Below are positions 53,701-60,943 of a stretch of 64,000 nucleotides of DNA, one piece after another. Location of the stretch: assembly GCA_041691135.1 (NCBI GenBank), contig JBEPVF010000002.1, forward strand, positions 1 through 64,000, given 5' to 3'. Positions within the stretch are counted from its first letter, which is position 1, and each line of letters opens with the position of its first letter. The notes under the pieces were generated by a model. It made no database searches. It was not told the DNA's origin and worked only from the letters and a program-made list of their open reading frames with translations. The stretch is from Candidatus Peribacteria bacterium. Lineage in GTDB: Bacteria > Patescibacteriota > Gracilibacteria > Peribacterales > Peribacteraceae. The position numbers and the translations under genes are program-made.

Positions 53701-55767
53701 TTCCATGCGCTGCACGTCGGCGATATTGCTCCACGTACCGGCAGGTGTGATCGGTCGCGTATCGATACGCTCGATGCCGTAGGCGGCGCCCGGATCGGTG
53801 TACACATCAATGCGCGTGATATTGGCATCGATGTGCACCAATCCTGATCCGTCCACCGGAATGAGTCGATTGTTACCGCTGCTGTCGAGTGCGTATACAC
53901 GCGCCGTTCCCTGATTGCTCAGTCGTGTCACCGATACGGCAGACACGTACCGCGCACCGGTCCAGAACATCGAGATACGTCCTTCACCTTTCTTGGTCGT
54001 CTTGAAAACGCCATGGTCGTAGCCTGTTTCGGTCGAGATCACCGCACCACCCTGCTCGGCCAGAAAGCGATACGGCGCGTAGCTGGAGTACGCAAAGTCG
54101 CGTATGCCGTTGTCAGCTTCCACCGTCACGGTTCCGAATCCGGGTATCTGCACTGTCCGACTCATATCGCTCGTTACCTGATTCGGCGCCAATCCAATGG
54201 ATTTTTCGAGCGCGGGCAGCGCGGCTGCCGACGTATTGATCGTGCCGAGTGCCCGGGCGGCAGCGGAACCCGTCACATGCTGCTCCACTGCATCGGAGGT
54301 GAGTGTGCCGCGGAGCGCAGAGAGCGATAGAGAGCCGCCGAGATGATTCAGCGGTTGGGATAGCAGGCGCTGTGATGCACTGCCCGATACCGGACCGGCA
54401 AGCGTGACTGTCTCGTACCGGTCGACATCCGCTTCCAGAGACTCGAGCACTTGTTCCTGTTGCAGTACCGTTTCGTATTTCACCGTGAGCGATCCCTGCA
54501 CCGAAGCGAGCACATCATGATCTTTGGGTACAGCCTTGAAGAATGCGGTGTTCGTTGTTTCAAGATCGCCAGTCGCCGTCCGCATCATCATTAATGCGGT
54601 GCGCGCCGGTGTTCCGGTTGCGTAGCGGTTCAACATGCCATCGGATGTGTGCACCTTGGCACGCACCAACAGTGCGGCGATATCGTTCTGCAGAGATGCC
54701 AGCGCCAACCCGATCACCTGGTCCTGCTCGGAAGAAGCGGGTACCGGCACATCCGCCGCCGGTACCGCGCCCCATAGTCTCTGCGGTACGGTAAGCGTGA
54801 AGAGTTTGCCCGTCTGATCACCGCCGACCGCGCCTATGAGTAGGTGATTTTTAGGCGAGGGGTGGATGACTGACGCGAACTGCGGCGCCTGAAGCGTTTC
54901 GGGCTGTTGCTTCATCGGACTCTGCCCCATCGTCGTTGCATCAAAAAGGGTGATTTTGCCCTCGCGATCGGTGACATATAGGACATCGCCGATTGGCGAA
55001 AAAGTGACATCATTGATCTGCGCACCGGGGAGCGGTTGCACGACGCAGGCGCCGCTCTGTACGTTGATGACGCCGACATTCCCTACCTGATCGCCATACA
55101 CTATGAACTTGCCGCGCGGATCGACTGCGAACGAGACGACATGCTGTTGAACGGAGAAGCTCTGGCTGGCACCGGTGCCCTTGTCATAGACATTGATCGT
55201 CCGGTCGAGATAGGAAGCAACTTTCTTGCCATCGGGGAAGAAATACACGCCGTCTCCCGCTGAGGCAGTGACAGTCTGGCTCCCCGTGTCGAGGTCGAGC
55301 AGGAGAACCTGAGAACTGGCCAAGGCGAAGGCGACGGTCTTGCCATCCGGAGAAACTTCCATGCGTGCGCCCCAGTCGGGCAGGGAGAATTGTTTGAGCT
55401 GCTTACCGGAAACGGCATCCCATACGCGGCAAGTGCCGTCCTGAGCAAAGGAGATAATTTTGGTACCGGTAGGATCGTAGCTGCAGCGCCAGACTTGGGC
55501 AGTGTGGCCAGAGAGAGTGGTAAGAGGAGCGCCGGTTTTCCCATCGCGAATAATGATCGTATTCTGACCATAGGTAGTGGTAGCCAAATGCTGACCATCG
55601 GGACTGAGCGCAAGATCGACGAAGGATTCGGGCCCACGGTTGATATCCGCGTCATCCTGGGGTGTGAGATGCGGAATGGCAGCCAGCGTCGCATCAAAGG
55701 AGGCCAAGGAAGGCAGCTGTCTGTCCTCTAAGTACTCGACGCGTGGACCAGTAGAAAAACGAGGCAT
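50719..55767 (-). CDS. Polymorphic-toxin-like protein: LEDR motif, WD40 propeller, M23-like domain, C-terminal DUF4258/BECR-like RNase tip
   Basis: VEYLEDRQLPS; LSGHTAQV...DGTCRVWD; VRAMLDG.V...FVHL...GDSVGQVG; YSKHAI.SM...GV....VEDVLKNG...LRVVVD...GRIITV. Confidence 0.8.
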   Translation of the reverse strand: MPRFSTGPRVEYLEDRQLPSLASFDATLAAIPHLTPQDDADINRGPESFVDLALSPDGQHLATTTYGQNTIIIRDGKTGAPLTTLSGHTAQVWRCSYDPTGTKIISFAQDGTCRVWDAVSGKQLKQFSLPDWGARMEVSPDGKTVAFALASSQVLLLDLDTGSQTVTASAGDGVYFFPDGKKVASYLDRTINVYDKGTGASQSFSVQQHVVSFAVDPRGKFIVYGDQVGNVGVINVQSGACVVQPLPGAQINDVTFSPIGDVLYVTDREGKITLFDATTMGQSPMKQQPETLQAPQFASVIHPSPKNHLLIGAVGGDQTGKLFTLTVPQRLWGAVPAADVPVPASSEQDQVIGLALASLQNDIAALLVRAKVHTSDGMLNRYATGTPARTALMMMRTATGDLETTNTAFFKAVPKDHDVLASVQGSLTVKYETVLQQEQVLESLEADVDRYETVTLAGPVSGSASQRLLSQPLNHLGGSLSLSALRGTLTSDAVEQHVTGSAAARALGTINTSAAALPALEKSIGLAPNQVTSDMSRTVQIPGFGTVTVEADNGIRDFAYSSYAPYRFLAEQGGAVISTETGYDHGVFKTTKKGEGRISMFWTGARYVSAVSVTRLSNQGTARVYALDSSGNNRLIPVDGSGLVHIDANITRIDVYTDPGAAYGIERIDTRPITPAGTWSNIADVQRMEGSAATLDFATTQTLVTRVQGRIASDRAGDVITAHVYCGGKEISSVAIPSSGVFDLKQPAGLSGVVFTHSQKSGALFVGGLSLESNGTQIAAPFAVLSPETSRDVGIVSAPQWEQGDYNYIESGRKKGVLYRTGGQDVWVNGSLLEGVENPDPSQYQLLRVNMRGSGSVNINQLYYVNQNTMSGDLQPLPKEWYRQLTAQTVVIFPGAPRHLVVGMNGKAPIEMPTFTAQGPSEADVMPSDASKLSADFLQWQIASSGGQEGWTDVPAMVSTRPVAAVAGTTLGALFSIKNDGLQGTSVMVRVHVGPTGTASDPVQKTFTGVMSGMQKQALRAIVTIGQIGDSVSIEVVPASGQPFLYTSRTTQPQPKQLRVVDKDGNLVMKDIVTPVTREQQINTARLYDKIGRYTDNAELRQLALDLVMADTQEKQRALYARLMNLPLETVVETPKLVASLVKAETGPDSIEQVASENGRIQALIVAALQGHLPVDKADGTWFIQEGSPGHVGIESNAVDINLQGGLNVDKGKTVRAMLDGIVVDIDEAEGRVVMRHEIPDPVSKDTIVFFVEFVHLQSINPDILGRQIAAGDSVGQVGKVGGTMTAEMHMNVVYPMAGQQDFDPQYASLDLRSMLAKQGINSRAAVAGSGLNIGGPEKSLDLKIVMNAGKTYSLEDNQAAPLGYTNAVNQYKSQQDLLNKCAESSPTSAIIGVQAAIQLSSTLGISSLPYEVGKRLIDVIVTMPNSWQTDIFDPVNKTLNNMITFLQTRMDKERQAVNNDKLSAVERTAHFAEFALYSSMQSFVAGVKLMTPENTSQLLISVATAEVLSPIVVKTLAVVLTKGEASAIPFITKIAAALKTGGKDAAEVLIKDEMSTVPKAGKGAVESLAVEVDTIEDVRSTIAKKITNYSTNEVTIGNYQYSKHAILSMKDDGVYPSFVEDVLKNGVKSIDTTTDELRYRFEISNFSFYRKNGTSTVKNLRVVVDGYTGRIITVTVFKKQS

Positions 55768-55958
55768 GGAGGGAGGTAAAACTGAACAACACCATGAAAC
55801 CAGACATCCGACCAGAGAGTGAGGCATTCTAGGAAAACCAAAAAGCTGATAACCGACTTTTTGGCTTTAAAAAGCCATGATTGGCGTTCTATGCCACCGT
55901 AGAACACCCCGCACTCACCCTCAAAAATACTCCTTCATCTGCCTTCTCCACTGCTTTA

Positions 55959-55987
55959 TTGACTATTTTAATATTATATTGTATTTT
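55959..55987 (+). promoter_or_regulatory. sigma70-type promoter TTGACT-N17-TATTTT
   Basis: Same layout as 23018-23046. Confidence 0.45.
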
Positions 55988-55998
55988 ATCATTTACAT

Positions 55999-56784
55999 AT
56001 GGTCCCCGCCTTACAATTCTCGGTCAGCGTGGCTTCGATGCTCATGGTGTTTTGGGTGTTCTTTGGAGCCCAACACACCGAAGAAACATCGGACAACAGC
56101 ACACCGGACAGATCGGGTGCAGCGGCCTTGTCCTATCTTCTTTTTGTTCCCTTCATTGCTCTCGGTGCAATGGTCGTGGGTATGTGGAAACTGGCCGAAT
56201 TTTTATGGAAAGGAGCATCGGATCTATGGGAATCGTCGGAGGACCACCGGCACCACGTACGGGATGCGATGCAACAGACAGCTACGACCATCAAGCACAA
56301 CCGTTTATTGCGTATCGGTATAGGTAAGCAGACATCAGACCCCACGGGAAACAAACACAGTCCGCGTCATGCGCCCGTCGGTGACGATAATAAAGAAGGT
56401 GCGGCCTTCGATGACGAAGAGGAAGAATTGCTCTCATCTGCACACAAACGACGCGACATCCGTCCCACTTACTGGCAACGACAAAAGATATGGTTCAATA
56501 CGCAACTTGAAAAAGATCCATGCATGGAAGAGGAAAAATCTTCCTCCAAGTATTCTTTGCCTGAAGAAGATTTACCGTCATTGATTCAACATACGACATC
56601 TTCATCGCTGCCGCCTTCCATCGAACAGATTGCGATGCGCACAATAGAGGAAAGAGAAGCGCCTCCTCGCACCCGCGAATCGCGCCGCGTACGCCTGCAT
56701 GCAGGCCCCGCCGATCACGAGGAATCACTCGTGCGTCTGCGACCAATCGGATGGCATATGCGGCAACGTATGCGGGCCATCTAA
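55999..56784 (+). CDS. Hypothetical protein, two N-terminal TM segments and a charged tail
   Basis: 261-aa ORF with an upstream promoter. Confidence 0.6.
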   Translation: MVPALQFSVSVASMLMVFWVFFGAQHTEETSDNSTPDRSGAAALSYLLFVPFIALGAMVVGMWKLAEFLWKGASDLWESSEDHRHHVRDAMQQTATTIKHNRLLRIGIGKQTSDPTGNKHSPRHAPVGDDNKEGAAFDDEEEELLSSAHKRRDIRPTYWQRQKIWFNTQLEKDPCMEEEKSSSKYSLPEEDLPSLIQHTTSSSLPPSIEQIAMRTIEEREAPPRTRESRRVRLHAGPADHEESLVRLRPIGWHMRQRMRAI

Positions 56785-56918
56785 AAAATCTTGTCCTCCG
56801 AATCAACACTTAGACCTTCGTCGTAAATATCGGTACCGACTTCTTCATCAAACAATTCGTCGACATCATAGTCGAGCGATTCGTCTTCCTCATGTAGAAA
56901 AGACAAAGAGTGTGTCAT
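56781..56918 (-). CDS. Small, highly acidic protein (45 aa, not in ORF track)
   Basis: MTHSLSFLHEEDESLDYDVDELFDEEVGTDIYDEGLSVDSEDKIF; pyrimidine-rich leader like other genes here. Confidence 0.5.
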   Translation of the reverse strand: MTHSLSFLHEEDESLDYDVDELFDEEVGTDIYDEGLSVDSEDKIF

Positions 56919-57002
56919 AGGGAGCAGGGAAAAAGATAGAATGAGACTACCTATGACGCGACTTCTCTCGCGTCCTTACCAAATCCCGCACTTAGTGCGG
57001 AT

Positions 57003-57260
57003 TTACGGAAAGCGGAAATGGACGACCAAGCGGCCATGATTCTTCTCGTCGATTTCGATGCGATGGTATTTGTCGCGGATGCGCGGCTCGTGCAGAAAGC
57101 GAATTACGCGCCGCCGCAATTGTCCGCTCCCCTTCCCCGGAATAATTTCCACCAGCCGGATTTTCTTGGCCACCGCCAGATCGATCACACGGCCGAGCTC
57201 TTCGGCGATCGATTTGCCGTTATCGAAAATATCGTGGAGATCCAGAGTGAGCGTAGACAT
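57003..57260 (-). CDS. Stand-alone Smr/MutS2 domain protein
   Basis: LDLH, EIIPGKGSGQLR, NHG; leaderless start. Confidence 0.9.
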   Translation of the reverse strand: MSTLTLDLHDIFDNGKSIAEELGRVIDLAVAKKIRLVEIIPGKGSGQLRRRVIRFLHEPRIRDKYHRIEIDEKNHGRLVVHFRFP

Positions 57261-57327
57261 AGCGTCAGTATATCAAGCGACGAATATTAATCGCGCCTTA
57301 ACCTGCTCTGTCTATACTCGTGATGCC

Positions 57328-57504
57328 ATGAACGAAATCCCACGCTCTCAACCGCTATTCAAACACTACACGCTCCAGGAACTCGATACGATTCTGGAGG
57401 AAGTCAATCGGTCCGTGGAATTCACGCCGGTGGCGATACCGGTACGACAACGAATCAAAGAGCGGCGAGAGCGGCGGAAACATTTGCCTGGTAACGCCGA
57501 CTGA
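57328..57504 (+). CDS. Small hypothetical protein
   Basis: 58-aa ORF after TATACT. Confidence 0.5.
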   Translation: MNEIPRSQPLFKHYTLQELDTILEEVNRSVEFTPVAIPVRQRIKERRERRKHLPGNAD

Positions 57505-57521
57505 TGAAGTGGCCTTCTTGC

Positions 57522-59801
57522 CTACACACGTAAAGCTGTCGGCAAATGAATGACCTTTGGTATGGATGAAGTCGACCTGAGAGGAAGACGGTCCTTGGCC
57601 CTGGCGACGAGGATGAAGAGACTATGATCAAAAGTATGGACACCCTTGCCGCCCCTGTCGCGTATATACGAATCAATATAATGATCGATTGCTTCCGGAT
57701 TGTTCCTCGCATTCTCTGGCAACAGATACATCATCATTTCGCGCAGGGCCGACAAACCTTCGTTCGTGTTTGTCGTGAGCGTAACAGTGGGGCGTGTCAC
57801 TTGTGTAGAATAGCCTTGGCGCTCAAGATGCTCGACATACCGTTGTGCAGAAGAATTTACTTCGCTACCTGCAAGAGTTTTTCGCAGGTGTGCCCGTGAT
57901 CCCGGCTCGCCTACCAAATCATTCAAGACACTGATCGATATGCCGTCTCTGTTCAAGTTGTCCTGAGTCCACTCCAGAACCTCTTTGTCTGTATCTCTGT
58001 CTCTCTCTTTAAGGAAATACAGTACGTGGCTCAGCAAAGCAACATCGGGTTGGGGCTCGAATTCCAAAGAATCAATAAGTTCGCCGATATTTCCGAATAC
58101 AGTTTCGAACGTCGGTGATTTCTTCTTTTCGAGCTGATGGTAACGCGTCATGCTCGCTTCCACTGCCACCGTATAACTAAACAGGTCTTCCAGGTATTCA
58201 GCGGTATGCCCATCCCATGCACCAATATCCAATAAGCGGCGCTCCGAAGGCGGCTTTGGACAGCGCTCAAAATGGGTCTCGATGATGGCACGAAGATTCG
58301 GATACAACAATCGATGCCTTTCAATTCTGCGCAGGGTTCCCGGATGAACGTACTGCCTCTGTACTTCTTTTTTATTACTCACGTGCGAAACTAAATGCTG
58401 TAATTTTTTAATAGAAGCCGGCGGGTCTTTGGCCAAGGAAATCGATGCTCTTTGAATGGAGCGAGCGGCACTGTGTTTGGTGTCTTCAAAAAATCGTAGG
58501 AAGAACGTCCCTAATTCATCAGCATCAGGATAGGTCCCAAGAAAATTGATCAACTGCGCGGCCTGAGCTTCACTTAACATTTTTATACATTCAGGTTCGT
58601 TCTCTATCTCCTTCTCAACATCAGTACCAAACAACCTGTCGGCCAGGGACTCTCCGCTCAACCGTTTATCTATGTTCTTTCCATCGCCTTCCGTATGCGT
58701 ACGAGCGACAATTTCTGCATCAATATCAAACTCTGCATTATAGCTTGGAAAAGGATCCAGCTGTGTCTGGACAGGCCTGTGCAAGATCTCAGACGACATG
58801 CCGCTCAATGGTAAATGACGAGAAACAGCCCCTTCATTCTCTGCAATCAGATCTGGAAGCACGGCACGGCGACGCGACGCCGATACAGTCTGCCTCAACT
58901 GCACATCCGACGGGGCAATCGAGGTATGCAACACCGAGCTTGGAACATCCGCTGTTCCATTTGTTACTTTTTGGTTTTGGTTCCGTTCGACGAGACCCCT
59001 GCCGTTGCCGCCGGGGTGATGGCCGTTTGCCTCAAATTCCGACGACGATTCGTCTGGCATCGGTTGCTCATCGTGTTCAATTTCCACTGGCAATACTCCA
59101 ATAGCTTCTTTACCAGCTCTCTCTTCCGCCAATAATAATTCCAACTCCACTGTGTCCGTAAGATGGGCACCAAAATCTCCGGAGGTATAAGTAGCGACGA
59201 CAAGATCAAAAGCATCTTCTACGTCTTGTGGCTGGATCTTGATTCCCTGCCCCTGCATACTTGCCACAAGCGCCGTGAGCTCACTGTCAAAAAGTTCACG
59301 AATTTCCTGCTTGGCTTGTACGCCAAAACCAATCATTTTTTCTTTGGTCGCAATGGAATCCTGTAAAGCGGGTGTCGCCAGCTCCTTCGCCAGTGGCATA
59401 AGTAAATCATCCACTCTGCGCGCCACATCCAAACACACCATCAATCGGGCGATATTTTCCGGAGATGCATCGCGTGCAATAGTCCGAATTTCTCCCTCGC
59501 GCGCTTTGAGCTGGAGTGCCGTGCGGATAGCAATCCGGATGGACGGCGAGGCGTGATCGGCAATATCCCATTCAACGGGAAATAAATTGACCGGCAGGTG
59601 AGTCGTTTCTTGCATCAAACAAGAAACCCGGTCTGTCATTTCGCTCTTATCCGTATTCCCGAGCAGAACCGTCTTTAATGACTCGAGAAGCTTGGCACGG
59701 TTTTCCCGAGCTGCACCGAGCCACGTGGCATACATTTCCATCTTTACAGACCTGTCATCTGCAGTGGATGGGCCGACCGATGACGAGAGGGATTCGGACA
59801 T
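57522..59801 (-). CDS. Large protein with C-terminal class I SAM-dependent methyltransferase domain
   Basis: LLDIGAWDG, AVEAS, LLSHVLYF motifs; unknown N-terminal ~500 aa. Confidence 0.75.
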   Translation of the reverse strand: MSESLSSSVGPSTADDRSVKMEMYATWLGAARENRAKLLESLKTVLLGNTDKSEMTDRVSCLMQETTHLPVNLFPVEWDIADHASPSIRIAIRTALQLKAREGEIRTIARDASPENIARLMVCLDVARRVDDLLMPLAKELATPALQDSIATKEKMIGFGVQAKQEIRELFDSELTALVASMQGQGIKIQPQDVEDAFDLVVATYTSGDFGAHLTDTVELELLLAEERAGKEAIGVLPVEIEHDEQPMPDESSSEFEANGHHPGGNGRGLVERNQNQKVTNGTADVPSSVLHTSIAPSDVQLRQTVSASRRRAVLPDLIAENEGAVSRHLPLSGMSSEILHRPVQTQLDPFPSYNAEFDIDAEIVARTHTEGDGKNIDKRLSGESLADRLFGTDVEKEIENEPECIKMLSEAQAAQLINFLGTYPDADELGTFFLRFFEDTKHSAARSIQRASISLAKDPPASIKKLQHLVSHVSNKKEVQRQYVHPGTLRRIERHRLLYPNLRAIIETHFERCPKPPSERRLLDIGAWDGHTAEYLEDLFSYTVAVEASMTRYHQLEKKKSPTFETVFGNIGELIDSLEFEPQPDVALLSHVLYFLKERDRDTDKEVLEWTQDNLNRDGISISVLNDLVGEPGSRAHLRKTLAGSEVNSSAQRYVEHLERQGYSTQVTRPTVTLTTNTNEGLSALREMMMYLLPENARNNPEAIDHYIDSYIRDRGGKGVHTFDHSLFILVARAKDRLPLRSTSSIPKVIHLPTALRV

Positions 59802-59900
59802 GAATGAGAAACGCAATGTACATCTTCTTGCCTCCCCGACAAGTAGCAACTGTCTCCGTAGCCTGCCTTTGGCAGGAGTAAGCAATAATTATCCACAGTC

Positions 59901-59926
59901 AAAGGGGCTTCTTGCGAAGCCCCTTT
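59901..59926 (-). terminator. Terminator-like hairpin
   Basis: aaggggcttc-gcaa-gaagcccctt on the minus strand after the 59958 gene. Confidence 0.6.
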
Positions 59927-59957
59927 GCCCTTTGACAACGGTGAGTCGGCGCCACCC

Positions 59958-60761
59958 TCACTGGGCAGCAAACCGTTCGTACAGGATCTGTGCGACCACC
60001 TCCGGCGGAATGCGGAGGACGTAGCCGTCGCCATCCCGCTCGAGCAGCAGATCATGCTCGGCCAACAGCAAGAGTTCGTCTTCGGTCAAGGTGAAGGCCG
60101 GCTGAGGGCGAGTTGACTGTTTCGATGACGTTTTCACGGGCAGCTTCCCTTGAGAACCAGACAGGAGAGTACTGAGAGCCGACTTTGTTGCAGTGGTTGC
60201 AGGTGCCTTTTTGGGCGCCGCAGGAGTCCTCCTCACGTAGGATCGCTTGGAGGGCTTTCCCCCAGCTTGCGTTCCCAATGCCTTGGCAATCCGCTCGGCC
60301 AACTTCGCATCAAGTTCCTCTTCGTCGGCTCGGATCCCGGCGATCTTCGCGGCGAGGTCGGCCGCCTTGAATTCGGTATCCTCGAGCATCGATGCGAGCT
60401 TCTTGGCATCCAGCTTCCGCTCTGTCATCACCCGATCGAGGTCGGCAGCAGATTTGATGACGAGCGCCTTGCCCTTACCTTCCAGCTCTTCGAGCACCTC
60501 CCCGGGAGCAAGTTCGATGTAGAGAACCTTGGGGTCCTTAAGATCGAAGACCTTCAACAGGTGAGGAATCAGGCTGAGAGGGAGCTTGGACCCCCCAGTC
60601 CTGTACTGATTGATTCGGGATTGCAACTGCAAGGCGGTCGAACCGTCGTTGAGCAATTCTGCAATCCTCTTTGCCAGTTCGAAGACAGACAGCGCTGCAT
60701 CCGTGGTGAGCTTTTTCAAAGCTGCACCACGGGCCTTCTTCAAGGCCATGATATCCATCAT
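59958..60761 (-). CDS. Putative DNA-binding protein with two XRE-like HTH units and a Lys/Ala/Pro-rich linker
   Basis: LSVFELAKRI...RINQYRTG...LLKVFD and LDAKKLASML...LAERIAKALG. Confidence 0.6.
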   Translation of the reverse strand: MMDIMALKKARGAALKKLTTDAALSVFELAKRIAELLNDGSTALQLQSRINQYRTGGSKLPLSLIPHLLKVFDLKDPKVLYIELAPGEVLEELEGKGKALVIKSAADLDRVMTERKLDAKKLASMLEDTEFKAADLAAKIAGIRADEEELDAKLAERIAKALGTQAGGKPSKRSYVRRTPAAPKKAPATTATKSALSTLLSGSQGKLPVKTSSKQSTRPQPAFTLTEDELLLLAEHDLLLERDGDGYVLRIPPEVVAQILYERFAAQ

Positions 60762-60943
60762 GATCTCTCCTCAGACCTCCAAACGCCTTTGCCCGGCGTT
60801 GTAGGCAGCCTCTCGAATGAGTGGCTTTTTTTACACGTTCTTGACGCACAAGAAAAGCCACTCATCTAACCGTTTTTATCAAAGAGCACTCAGATCGACA
60901 GGTCGACCTGAGTTGCGCATCTTCATGGAATGTTTTGCAGTAG

